Assembly (NCBI GenBank): GCA_019058315.1
Contig: JAHPZH010000001.1
Location: 695,536 to 759,535, forward strand
DNA: 64,000 bases
DNA from: Candidatus Helarchaeota archaeon
GTDB taxonomy: Archaea > Asgardarchaeota > Lokiarchaeia > Helarchaeales > RDOG01
Direction: 5' to 3'
The notes below the pieces were generated by a model that saw nothing but the letters and a program-made list of their open reading frames with translations, was not told the DNA's origin and searched no databases. Both the position numbers and the translations under genes were made by a program. Below, piece by piece: positions 49,673-59,621 of this stretch (positions within the stretch are counted from its first letter, which is position 1; each line of letters opens with the position of its first letter).

Positions 49673-49819
49673 AAATTTGGGCTAATATATCGGTTATCTA
49701 TTCCCATTTATAAAGATATTTTTGTCGGATAATTTAAATATCAAAGGTTAAATGATTCATTTATTAAATTAAAGCGCGTATAAATAAAAAAATAAACTAA
49801 AATTAAATCAAAAACCGAA

Positions 49820-50530
49820 TTAAGCTGATTTTTTCTTAATATATTCAAACATGGATTTGAAAATCAATATTCCATCATTAGTTCTAAATGGGCTAAGTAT
49901 TTTTTCAGAGGCACGTTCTGGATGTGGCATGAGACCAGCAACGTTCCCCTCTAAATTACAGACTCCCCCAATATTATCTATAGAACCATTTGGATTAGCT
50001 TCATCATTTATTTCCCCATTCTCATCAACATATCTAAATACAATTTGATCATTATCATACATTTCTTTTAATGCTTTTTTTTCATTAAAATAGCGTCCTT
50101 CGGCGTGGGCTATAGGGATATGTAACAAATTATCTTTGGTAATTTGATTAGTAAATGCAGTTCGATTCGTTTCACTTCTTATTATAACCCATTTACATAC
50201 AAAAGTTAAACAAGAATTTTTAATAAGAGCTCCTGGTAATAGTCCAGATTCGACTAGAATTTGAAATCCATTACAAATTCCTAAAACGGGTTTTCCTTCT
50301 TTTACCATTTCTTTAACAATCTTCATGGCAGGACTAAATGCTGCAATGATTCCTGCTCTTAAATGGTCTCCATAGCTAAATCCACCAGGTAAAATTACAC
50401 CGTCAAAATCGTCTTGAGATACAAATTCCTTATGCCAAATTAAGCTTGTATCTATTCCCATTTTCTTTAATATATAAATAGCGTCGAGATCGCAGTTGCT
50501 TCCGGGAAATTGAATTACTGGAATGTTCAT
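49820..50530 (-). CDS. purQ: FGAM synthase glutaminase subunit
   Basis: FPGSNCD, PGGFSYGD, GICNGFQ, AHAEG, NPNGS, MPHPER. Confidence 0.95.
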   Translation of the reverse strand: MNIPVIQFPGSNCDLDAIYILKKMGIDTSLIWHKEFVSQDDFDGVILPGGFSYGDHLRAGIIAAFSPAMKIVKEMVKEGKPVLGICNGFQILVESGLLPGALIKNSCLTFVCKWVIIRSETNRTAFTNQITKDNLLHIPIAHAEGRYFNEKKALKEMYDNDQIVFRYVDENGEINDEANPNGSIDNIGGVCNLEGNVAGLMPHPERASEKILSPFRTNDGILIFKSMFEYIKKKSA

Positions 50531-50802
50531 TTTTCAATACCTTTTACTTCTATACGTATAGTATGAACAACAGGGTTATAAATCCTAAGATCATTACAAA
50601 ATTTCAAAGTTAAATCTTCAGCAGCCTTTTCATTTTCTGATTCAACTTTTACACGAATGAATTTTCCTGTTCTAACAGAAGTAACTTGAGGATATCCTCC
50701 CCTGTTTATAAGATCTCTTTGAATAGTGGCACCTTCGGGGTCCTTTGCGGCAGGTTTATTTTCAATTACAATTTCAATTAAATATGTTTCCAATTTATTC
50801 AC
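50527..50802 (-). CDS. purS: FGAM synthase subunit PurS
   Basis: KDPEG, VRTGK, NPVVH. Overlaps purC and purQ by 4 nt each. Confidence 0.88.
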   Translation of the reverse strand: MNKLETYLIEIVIENKPAAKDPEGATIQRDLINRGGYPQVTSVRTGKFIRVKVESENEKAAEDLTLKFCNDLRIYNPVVHTIRIEVKGIEK

Positions 50803-51533
50803 CCTAATTTTGGATCTTTTTTTAATAACATCTTATATAATTCTATATAGGTATCTTTTACTTTGTTCAAAGGAGCTCCTTTTCTGTAGACATCCTTATC
50901 ATATATTTTTCCTTCTATTTTTTCATCCCATAATCTACAGCTGTCTCCATTTATTTCATCACCAACAACAAGGTTATTATTTTTATCTCGTCCAAATTCT
51001 ATTTTTAAATCTGCAAGTACAATTCCATAAGAAGTAAGATATTCAGCTAATGCATCTGAGACCTTAACCGTAATTTCTTTAATTTCCCTAGCTTCGTCCA
51101 CAGTTCCAAGATTTAAGATACGAATATGATCCTCATTTATCATCGGGTCATGATGTTCATCATCTTTATAATATAATTCCACTAACCCCGGTTTAAAATT
51201 TGTGCCTGCCTTAATAGGAAGTCGCTTTAATAGATGACCTGCGGCTATACGTCTACAAACTACTTCAACTGGTAACATAACAAGGCTTTTAACTTTCATG
51301 AAACGAGGGGGTGTAAATTCTATGAAATGAGTAGGAATCCCTTTTTTATTTAAAATTCTGAAGAATTCTGCTGAGATTGCAGCATTCAGATATCCTTTAT
51401 CTTTTATTATATCATGTTTTAAGCCATCGCCAGCTGTGATATCATCTTTAAATTCAAGAATAACTTCATTTGGGTTGTCTGATTCATAAACTATTTTAGT
51501 TTTTCCTTCACTAATCTTTTTTCCTAGCTTCAT
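50799..51533 (-). CDS. purC: SAICAR synthetase
   Basis: EGKTK, FKDDITAG, PVEVVCR, YKDDEHHDP, DLKIEFG, DEINGDSCRLWD, DKDVYR. Confidence 0.95.
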   Translation of the reverse strand: MKLGKKISEGKTKIVYESDNPNEVILEFKDDITAGDGLKHDIIKDKGYLNAAISAEFFRILNKKGIPTHFIEFTPPRFMKVKSLVMLPVEVVCRRIAAGHLLKRLPIKAGTNFKPGLVELYYKDDEHHDPMINEDHIRILNLGTVDEAREIKEITVKVSDALAEYLTSYGIVLADLKIEFGRDKNNNLVVGDEINGDSCRLWDEKIEGKIYDKDVYRKGAPLNKVKDTYIELYKMLLKKDPKLG

Positions 51534-52013
51534 TTTTATTACCAATTAGAAAACAATATTTTTATTTTAATATCGATTTTTCTGAACAAATTTCTATTGT
51601 TGTAATTATTTGTATTTTGGTTTAAAAGTATAAATATGCTTGATTTTTATCGGAATTAAAAATATTATTAAAAAAATAAAACATTTTCAAAATATATAAT
51701 TAATAATCAATTAAATTAACAATTCTTTGTATTTAAAACGTTATAATAAAATCAAATATAAAATAACATTTTTAGGCTTATAAATACTAGAAATCATAAC
51801 TTATAGAATTTTTTTATCTCCTTTTCTTACCTCTAAAGTCAAAAATTATTAGAAACTTATAATACCAACTAGGAGACTCCGACAAAATAGAGAAAAAATA
51901 TAATATATTTAAATAAATCTTTATAAATAAAGAATATTAAATCTAAAATATACTTAAAAAACTCAAATCCATATCTAAAAAAAAATTAAATTTAAGAAGA
52001 GAGTGAAAAATTA

Positions 52014-52277
52014 ATGGATGACAGATTAGAAATTTTAGCTAAAATCCTGATTGGAGGACTTATTACAGGAATTGGAATCGTACTACTTGGAGGAATTTGG
52101 TTTTTCTTAGATGTAATTCAACCAACAGGTAAAGCAGGTGCATTTTTAGCAGGAAGTACGGGTATGCAAATATTGGTAATTGCTGCAGCCCTATTAGCAA
52201 TATTCTTCTTGATAATCATATTTTCTACAATTTGGAAAAAAGGATACGATTATATTCTTGACAAATTGGAGAGTTAA
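52014..52277 (+). CDS. Small two-TM membrane protein
   Basis: 87 aa with two hydrophobic segments and C-terminal WKKGYDYILDKL. Confidence 0.6.
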   Translation: MDDRLEILAKILIGGLITGIGIVLLGGIWFFLDVIQPTGKAGAFLAGSTGMQILVIAAALLAIFFLIIIFSTIWKKGYDYILDKLES

Positions 52278-52295
52278 AAGTATAAGGTGGATAAA

Positions 52296-52601
52296 ATGAG
52301 TCCTAACGCAATGAAAGCGTTTGCCACATTCTTATCTTGGGCGATCATGATTACATTAATCGCTATTGTAGTTGGTGGAATTGTTCTTATCTTTGAGTCA
52401 GCAGTCACAGTTCAGGTTGGTTTCGTAACTACTGGATTTGCTGAATGGTTTTCAGGTATGTTTTCTCTATCGATTGGTCTAGGTTTACTTGTGATTGGTA
52501 TGCTAATCACAATGTGTTTCTTATTAGCTACAACTATTGCTATTTTAATTAAAAATGGACAGCAATTTATATTGAATATAATTACTACTATGGAAGAATA
52601 A
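52296..52601 (+). CDS. Small two-TM membrane protein (possible paralogue of the upstream gene)
   Basis: AGGTGG RBS before ATG 52296. Two TM segments and C-terminal IKNGQQFILNII. Confidence 0.6.
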   Translation: MSPNAMKAFATFLSWAIMITLIAIVVGGIVLIFESAVTVQVGFVTTGFAEWFSGMFSLSIGLGLLVIGMLITMCFLLATTIAILIKNGQQFILNIITTMEE

Positions 52602-52659
52602 ATTCCAAAATTATCTCTTTTTAACTCCAACAATTAGGATAAAAATTGTATCAAAATAT

Positions 52660-53193
52660 TCAATATTTTAATTTGTTTTGAATTTCATTTAATTTTTCTT
52701 GTATTTTAAGAATTAATTCTTTATGTTCTGAGTTTAAATTTCTTTTAAGATTATTTATAATATATTTTGTTTGTTCAAAATATTTTTTTACAAAATCATC
52801 AGGTTCATTTGGATGACCTGATATATTATCTAGTCGATCACAGAGTTTTATCAATAACGCCTCATCACTCATATTTTTCATTTTATTTAACAAATAATCG
52901 GCTTTGCCTAATTTAGAATATTCATCCTTATTGGATGTCAATTCTCCCACTAAATCTGCAACCTCTTTACCAAATTCATTTAATATCTCTTCAAAAGTGG
53001 TTTCGGTATCCTCAATTGTATCGTGTAAATATGCAGCCATTATCAGTACTTCATCTTGGGTATATTTTGCCACCATTGATGCAACATTGGAAGGATGTAT
53101 AAAATAAGGATTACCACCAAACTTGCGTTTCTGTCCTCTGTGTTTTTCTTCGGCAAATTTTTTAGCTTTATTTATTCTTTTATAATCCATCAT
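52660..53193 (-). CDS. Stand-alone RelA/SpoT-type HD hydrolase (small alarmone hydrolase, Mesh1-like)
   Basis: AEEKHRGQKRK, PYFIHP, AAYLHDTIEDT, FGKEVADLVGELT, IKLCDRLDN. No synthetase domain. Confidence 0.88.
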   Translation of the reverse strand: MMDYKRINKAKKFAEEKHRGQKRKFGGNPYFIHPSNVASMVAKYTQDEVLIMAAYLHDTIEDTETTFEEILNEFGKEVADLVGELTSNKDEYSKLGKADYLLNKMKNMSDEALLIKLCDRLDNISGHPNEPDDFVKKYFEQTKYIINNLKRNLNSEHKELILKIQEKLNEIQNKLKY

Positions 53194-53412
53194 AACCAAC
53201 AAGATTAATTATTAGAGATTTGAAAGGGGATGTAAATTAGAACAATAGCATGCTATATGATTATATTTTTAAATCTTATAGGTTTAACTTGGATATTAAT
53301 AAAAAGAATTTGGATAAAAAGATATACCGAAATTCATTAGTATTTAAAAATATGATTAAAAATTCAAAAATAGATTGTTAGAGATGATATTCTTTAAGGA
53401 GGAATATCATAG

Positions 53413-54168
53413 GTGAAAAAACTATCAATTTGTATCCCAACTTATAATGAGAAGGAAAATATTGAAATTCTAATAAAAAAAATTCAAGAATCCCTTGAAA
53501 ATGTAAAAATAGAGTATGAAATAATAATTATTGATGATAACAGTCCTGATGGAACAGGGAAAATTATAGATAAATTAGCAGAAAAGTTTAATAATATTAA
53601 ACCCATTCACCGTGAAAAGAAAGAGGGGTTAGCGATGGCATATATTGCGGGTTTTAGACACGCAACTGGGGATATGGTTATTACAATGGACGCAGACCTC
53701 TCCCACGACCCAAAATCTATCCCTGACTTCATTAAAGCCTCGGAATATTATGATATAGTTATAGGATCCAGATTTGTTCCCGGTGGAGGTAATTTTAATA
53801 GAAGTCGCTTTAGAGTTATGGTTAGTAAATTAACAAATCTCCTTGCAACACTCTTTCTAAAAGTAAAATCCAGTGATAGCACAAGTGGATATCGTCTATA
53901 TCATAGGAGAGTCCTCGAAAATATCCTGCATTATATCAGCTCCCAAAAATTTTCTTTCCAAGTTGAAATACTCGAAAAATCAAAATATTTCGAATTTAAA
54001 ATTGGTCAAGTTCCAATCCAATTTTATGATAGAAAGTTTGGTCATAGTAAATTTAACGCGAGAGAGGTTGGGGAATTCTTAGCTATTATTTTTGAAAAGT
54101 TACCGATTTTGAACCATTTACGCGAATTAAGGAGATTAGTTGAATTTTTTAAGAGAATTTTTATTTAA
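53413..54168 (+). CDS. Polyprenol-phosphate mannose synthase-like GT2 (DPM1-like)
   Basis: IPTYNEKENI, DDNSPDGT, MDADLSHDP, GSRFVPGG, DSTSGYR, FQVE. Confidence 0.88.
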   Translation: MKKLSICIPTYNEKENIEILIKKIQESLENVKIEYEIIIIDDNSPDGTGKIIDKLAEKFNNIKPIHREKKEGLAMAYIAGFRHATGDMVITMDADLSHDPKSIPDFIKASEYYDIVIGSRFVPGGGNFNRSRFRVMVSKLTNLLATLFLKVKSSDSTSGYRLYHRRVLENILHYISSQKFSFQVEILEKSKYFEFKIGQVPIQFYDRKFGHSKFNAREVGEFLAIIFEKLPILNHLRELRRLVEFFKRIFI

Positions 54169-54241
54169 TACTAAATTCTCTTAAGTTTTAAAACTAATTT
54201 CAGATTAAATTTAAATATTATATTATTATTAATGAATACAA

Positions 54242-55147
54242 ATGGAAAATAGACTGATTGATATCGGAATAACTGCTTATAATGAAGAAGAAAATATTGA
54301 AAATATTTTAGATTCTATTATGGCACAAAAATTTGACGAGAAAGTTAAAATTAATTCCATACTAGTTGTTGCAAGTGGATGTACCGATCAAACTGAAGCG
54401 TTAGTCCTAAAGAAAGCAAAAAAATATTCCCAAATCAAATTAATATCTGAAAAAATTCGAAGAGGCAAAGCTTCTGCAATAAATCTCATTTTTAAGAATT
54501 CACAAGCTGATATTATTGTTTTTATAGGGGCGGATGAAATTGTACCCAAAAATTCTATAAATGAATTAATCAGACCTTTCGAAAATAATCAAGTAGGAGC
54601 TGTTAGCGGCCATCCAATCGCTCTTAACGACGAAAAACAATTTGTAGGATATGCATCATGTGTTGTTTGGCGACTACATGATATCTATTCTAAGAATTAT
54701 CAAACAAAATTAAGCGGGGAATTATTTGCAATACGTTCAAATATAATAAAACAAATTCCATTGGTGAATTGCGATGATGCAATAATAGAAGTAATGGTTG
54801 CCAAGAAAGGACATAAAATTGCTTATGCCAGAAATGCTAAAGTCTATATAATGGGACCTCAAACTGTCAATGATTTTATTAATCAAAGAAAACGGGTTTT
54901 ACTTGGACATATGCAGATTAAAAAATTGATTGGACATACAATGCAGACTATGAGTTTTATAATAAATTTAAAATTAATTTTTATGTATATGAAAGAAAGA
55001 GGAATTTTAAAACACTTACCTCGAGTTATTTTTTCATTAATTCTAGAAGCTCTTGCACAAATTTTTGCCTTTTTTAGTAGTTTTAGGGGTAAATATGAAA
55101 CTGTTTGGAAACGAATAAGCAGTGCAAAATTTCTAAAAAAAATCTGA
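54242..55147 (+). CDS. Glycosyltransferase family 2
   Basis: ITAYNEE, SGCTDQT, RRGKASA, LSGELFAIR, DDA, QRKR. Confidence 0.82.
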   Translation: MENRLIDIGITAYNEEENIENILDSIMAQKFDEKVKINSILVVASGCTDQTEALVLKKAKKYSQIKLISEKIRRGKASAINLIFKNSQADIIVFIGADEIVPKNSINELIRPFENNQVGAVSGHPIALNDEKQFVGYASCVVWRLHDIYSKNYQTKLSGELFAIRSNIIKQIPLVNCDDAIIEVMVAKKGHKIAYARNAKVYIMGPQTVNDFINQRKRVLLGHMQIKKLIGHTMQTMSFIINLKLIFMYMKERGILKHLPRVIFSLILEALAQIFAFFSSFRGKYETVWKRISSAKFLKKI

Positions 55148-55160
55148 AAATCATAAATGA

Positions 55161-56942
55161 TTATTTTAATATAGCTGATTGGAAAGCATAATTGACGAAA
55201 TAGCTGTTTATTATATCTATATTAGGAATTATGGGTGTTAAAATTAAAATTTGAACTGTTAATAATATCATATTTGAAATTGAAATCAGAAAAATGATAA
55301 ACAATATCCATTTATATTGTTTTGTTTCCTCATAAAGTTCAAACATATTAAATTTTAGAAATTGTGACAGTTTATTATTGACTTTTTCAAATATTTCAGA
55401 TTTTTCCTCCTTAAATGAATCCTTATATTCTAAAATTTTCCAAAATAAAATAATATTTGCAATAAGAATACCTATTAATAAAATAAAAATTATTTCGACA
55501 TATACTACACCACGAAACCAAAATATGGAAACTACAAAACTGTTAAGGAATATTAACATAATTAAAAATCTCCCTTCTTTTATTTTAAAAGCATATAGTA
55601 ACAAAAGTGGAGACAACCATAAATAATACCATGGATAATTAACCCAGTATATAGAAAGGAAAATATAAAATGAATAAAAAATTGGGGTAATCGAATCTTC
55701 TCTATTAAAATCGTCAGATTTAATAAGCTGATAATAAAAAATACCTATGAAAAGAATCAACATTATTAAATTAAACATTATTTGTGTTCCATAAAACAAT
55801 TCAAACTTTAGGAAAATTTTACTAAAAAATAATATTATAGGAGATAAACAGAGAAGGAAAAACAGAGGTTTTTTTATCTCATCTTTAAAAGCAATAAACA
55901 ATAAAATTCCTAGCAATAACCATGATATTTCCAAATAATCTGCAAAAACAGAAATATCTTGAACAAAAAAAATCAATGAAGGAACAGCATCAGGAACATA
56001 AGATAAGAAAGAAATTATTAGGCCAGCAATACCCTTTATATTACTAGAATTATTAAGTGTACTTAGTAAACCAAGTACAGGAAGACGTCTGCTATGACCC
56101 CGTATTATTACTAGTATATCTATAATCATTCCAGGATTGTATAAAAGTATACCACCAAGTGCAATTAATACAGGGAAGTAAATAACAATTAGTCTTTTGA
56201 AGAAATGAGATATAGAATCACTTTTTTTGTAATAATAAATGAGAAAAATTGGTAAGACTAACATCGAATAAAATTTATAAAGAATTCCAATAAAAACAAA
56301 AATACCTGCCAACATATCTTTATGTTTTAAAAACAGATATATTGAAATTAATATTAATAATATCATTCCTGTATCATTATGTCCATTCCATGCAAATTCT
56401 ATTATAGAAACAGGGACCAGAGCATATAATAAGCAAATTTTGTGATTATCTTTTATTTTTAAATGGTTTGTAACTAAATAAATCATTATAATATTAAGGG
56501 CATCTAAAAAAACAAAAGAGAATTTGATAGCATAATAATCACCACCTGTTAAAAGAGCAATAGTAAAAAGAAATGCGTAATACACTGGACCATAAGCGCT
56601 ACCATGGTGATAGAATTTAATCTGACCATTTAAAAACTGTTTTGCGGTCCTATAATATATGTCATAATCGGGTGTCAACATTGTGCTTTTGAAAACAAAG
56701 GGAATACGTAACCAAAAGAATATAAGACATATAAAAAAGATACTAGTAAAATGTTTATTTCGTACTTCATTTTTCATGAGATAATTAACAAAATAAAAGA
56801 ATCCTATAATGGACAATACGTTTCCTAGTATGTAATAAAAATAATATTCTCCCCAAAACAGAAGGATTAAAAGTCCAATTGAGTATATAATTGAAAATAC
56901 AATAATTAATTTTAATTGAGAATTATTTGAACTCATTGTCAA
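55161..56942 (-). CDS. Multi-pass GT-C glycosyltransferase (GT87/DUF2029-like)
   Basis: Many TMs. DYDIYY, YGPVY, YALVPVSIIEFAWNGHND, LYKFY, YPWYYLW. Confidence 0.7.
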   Translation of the reverse strand: MTMSSNNSQLKLIIVFSIIYSIGLLILLFWGEYYFYYILGNVLSIIGFFYFVNYLMKNEVRNKHFTSIFFICLIFFWLRIPFVFKSTMLTPDYDIYYRTAKQFLNGQIKFYHHGSAYGPVYYAFLFTIALLTGGDYYAIKFSFVFLDALNIIMIYLVTNHLKIKDNHKICLLYALVPVSIIEFAWNGHNDTGMILLILISIYLFLKHKDMLAGIFVFIGILYKFYSMLVLPIFLIYYYKKSDSISHFFKRLIVIYFPVLIALGGILLYNPGMIIDILVIIRGHSRRLPVLGLLSTLNNSSNIKGIAGLIISFLSYVPDAVPSLIFFVQDISVFADYLEISWLLLGILLFIAFKDEIKKPLFFLLCLSPIILFFSKIFLKFELFYGTQIMFNLIMLILFIGIFYYQLIKSDDFNREDSITPIFYSFYIFLSIYWVNYPWYYLWLSPLLLLYAFKIKEGRFLIMLIFLNSFVVSIFWFRGVVYVEIIFILLIGILIANIILFWKILEYKDSFKEEKSEIFEKVNNKLSQFLKFNMFELYEETKQYKWILFIIFLISISNMILLTVQILILTPIIPNIDIINSYFVNYAFQSAILK

Positions 56943-57067
56943 GAAATTTGTATTTTTTCAATTTAAAACTTACTCAAAATTTTTAGAATAAATAATTTTC
57001 GAAAATTCACTATAATTGAGAATAGAAAACAAAAGATTTTATATTTTTTTTTCTAAATTGTATTCAA

Positions 57068-58063
57068 ATGCAATTAAGAGCTTTAAAAGATTTTATTGTT
57101 ATTCATAAAATTCTTCTTCTTATAGCTTTATTTCTAATAAACTTGCCAATAATTGGGCATATTTACGATTATTTTTATTTTAAAAGGGTAATTTCTAGGG
57201 TTAATGCTAATAATCTACGTGTCATAATTGAACCAAATAACATCTGTAATTTGCGTTGTGTGGTCTGTCCTTACCAGAAAATGAAAAGAAAAAGAGAAAC
57301 AATGCCTTTAGAATTATTTGAAAAAATTGTTGATCAATCAGTGGAATTAGGATGTAAAGTAATACAGCTCCAGCAATATAACGAACCATTTACCGACAAA
57401 GATATTTTTAAAAGAATATCTTATATTCGAGGGAAAAATATTGAGGTTTATTTTTACTCAAATGGAACCCTTTTAGATAGAAATATTCGTGAAAAAATTT
57501 TGATAAATCCCCCAAATTTGATACGTTTTAGTATTGATGGGATTGAAAAAGAATCATATGAAAAAATTAGAGTAGGTGCGAATTTCAAAAGAGTTGTTAG
57601 TAATGTTATTAAACTTTTTAAGGAAAGAAATGAACTTGGTTTGAAAGAACCTAGGATCGAAGTATGTAGCTTATTATTAGATAATAACAAAAATCAATCT
57701 AAACAATATTTAAATTTTTGGAAAGATAAGTGTGATAATGCTGCGGTGTATCCGGCAGATTCACGCATGGATGAAGATTATTCATATATTAAATATAATA
57801 AATTGAAACCTTACCCATGTTTCAATCCTCATAACATTGTTGTTTTAAGCAATGGAAAAGTATGCTTATGTTGTGTTGATTATGATGGTGAAGTTATTCT
57901 TGGTGATTTAAATAAGCAAAATTTAAAAGATATTATAAATTCAAAGAAAGTTAAAAACATTTATAACTCCCATTTAAAACAAAAATGTAATCTTCCTATA
58001 TGTAAAAGATGTTCGAGATTATACGTTGATAGCGCTTTCTATTGGTGGGATAATATCTTTTAA
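57068..58063 (+). CDS. Radical SAM protein with SPASM/twitch domain and N-terminal hydrophobic segment
   Basis: CNLRCVVC, NEPF, SNGTLL, SIDG, YPCFNP..NGKVCLCCVD..CKRC. Confidence 0.88.
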   Translation: MQLRALKDFIVIHKILLLIALFLINLPIIGHIYDYFYFKRVISRVNANNLRVIIEPNNICNLRCVVCPYQKMKRKRETMPLELFEKIVDQSVELGCKVIQLQQYNEPFTDKDIFKRISYIRGKNIEVYFYSNGTLLDRNIREKILINPPNLIRFSIDGIEKESYEKIRVGANFKRVVSNVIKLFKERNELGLKEPRIEVCSLLLDNNKNQSKQYLNFWKDKCDNAAVYPADSRMDEDYSYIKYNKLKPYPCFNPHNIVVLSNGKVCLCCVDYDGEVILGDLNKQNLKDIINSKKVKNIYNSHLKQKCNLPICKRCSRLYVDSAFYWWDNIF

Positions 58064-58070
58064 ACAATTT

Positions 58071-59246
58071 TTATAATAATTTTTTATATAATTCTAAGTG
58101 ATCTTTTATAGAAATTTCAGAATCAAACCTTTTATTTATGAATCCCTTACCCTCCTCTCCTAAAGAATCCCTCAACGCTTGATCCTTGATAAGTTCCATA
58201 ATTGCATTTGCTAATTCTCCAGAATTATTTGGAGAAACTAATAGTCCTGTTTTTCTATTCTCAATTACTTCTGTCATACCACCAACTTTAGTACTAATAA
58301 CAGGAGTTCCAATTGACATTGCTTCAAAAGAAACTCTAGAAAGTGGTTCTGGCCATATAGAAGGAATACATACAACATCTGCTAGCTGATAGAGTCTTAT
58401 CATCTTATTAAATGGAATTTTTCCCAGAAATTTTATATATTTATTTAATTTTAATTCAGAGCACAAATTTTTTAAAATATTTTCGTAAGGACCTTCTCCT
58501 GCAATTAATAATCTTATGTTTTTTATGCTACTCAAAATTGTTTTCATAGCTTGAATTAAGATATGAATTCCTTTTGCTTTTTCTAGTCTTCCTGAGTAAA
58601 CTAAAGTGTATAATTTATTTTGCCCAAGCTGCTTAGATTTTTTTTCTATTAAGTCTAATTTGTTCCATTTTGGTGGGAAATTATATATAGTAACCATTTT
58701 ATTTTTTGGTATTCCAAGCTTTGAAAGTCTTTTTTTAATGTAATCACTAACAGTTATTACTCGATCACACTTCTCTTTTAAAATTTTAATTAAAATTCTA
58801 TTTCTGCTTTTAAGAATTTGACTTATAAAGAATTTAAATAAGAAATTATATGGATGGAGAAGAACTTTAGGTAAAGGTTCTCTTATTGTCACTATTATGG
58901 GAATTTTCAATTTTTTTGCGACTTCTACACTTCCTGGTAATGCATAGATATTCTGTACATGAATAATATCTGGAAAAAAATTATATCTCTTAAAAGCGCT
59001 TTCTATAGTTCTTTTAAATAGCTTATCTAATAGAAAATTTCCAAGTAGTATTATTTCTTTGGGTATTGGGATTTTAAAATCTATCGGAATAAAGTTTTTA
59101 TTATGATTAGTCTGTTGGGTAGTTAAAATTTTAACCATTACCCCTTTATTTTCGAGACCTTTCCGTAATAAATTAGCTCCTATTTCTCCACCACCAAGTC
59201 TGCTCCAAAACGCTGAAATCAAGGCTAGTTTAAAACTTTTCGTCAT
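58071..59246 (-). CDS. Glycosyltransferase family 4
   Basis: GGGE, GRLEKAKG, PSIWPEPL, EAMSIGTPVI. Confidence 0.9.
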   Translation of the reverse strand: MTKSFKLALISAFWSRLGGGEIGANLLRKGLENKGVMVKILTTQQTNHNKNFIPIDFKIPIPKEIILLGNFLLDKLFKRTIESAFKRYNFFPDIIHVQNIYALPGSVEVAKKLKIPIIVTIREPLPKVLLHPYNFLFKFFISQILKSRNRILIKILKEKCDRVITVSDYIKKRLSKLGIPKNKMVTIYNFPPKWNKLDLIEKKSKQLGQNKLYTLVYSGRLEKAKGIHILIQAMKTILSSIKNIRLLIAGEGPYENILKNLCSELKLNKYIKFLGKIPFNKMIRLYQLADVVCIPSIWPEPLSRVSFEAMSIGTPVISTKVGGMTEVIENRKTGLLVSPNNSGELANAIMELIKDQALRDSLGEEGKGFINKRFDSEISIKDHLELYKKLL

Positions 59247-59621
59247 CTACTTTCTCCAATCTCGCTAATTTTTCTCCAATTAAATTAAATATCTTCCAAG
59301 TCTAGAGTAAAATAGAAATATTTAACTATTTTCTAATTATAATATTTTTCTTTAATGAGAAATTCTTTCATTTAATAGATAAGTTTATGACTAAAAAAAT
59401 TTCTATGGAATTTAATAGAAAATGGAACTTATTAATACAGCTAAATAAAATCAAATTCTGATTTTTCAAGATCTAATAAAAAACCGAGATTTTTTTATTT
59501 CCATAGTCCAAAATACCTAATTGAAATGTATTAAAAATAAAATTTAAATAATAAAAACTGAAAAATTATTCATTATAATTAGTTTAAAAAATTCAATTTT
59601 TCCAATCAATAATTTTAGGGC

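Noticed and set aside
51546-52013. Long AT-rich intergenic region as a replication origin or ncRNA
   Set aside because: No ORB-like repeats, no cdc6/orc1 neighbour and no GC-rich stems; divergent promoters explain it.
59251-59280. Direct repeat TTTCTCCAAT x2 upstream of the GT4 gene
   Set aside because: Only 10 nt, and it corresponds to a duplicated GGAG RBS-like sequence on the minus strand; too weak to call a regulatory element.
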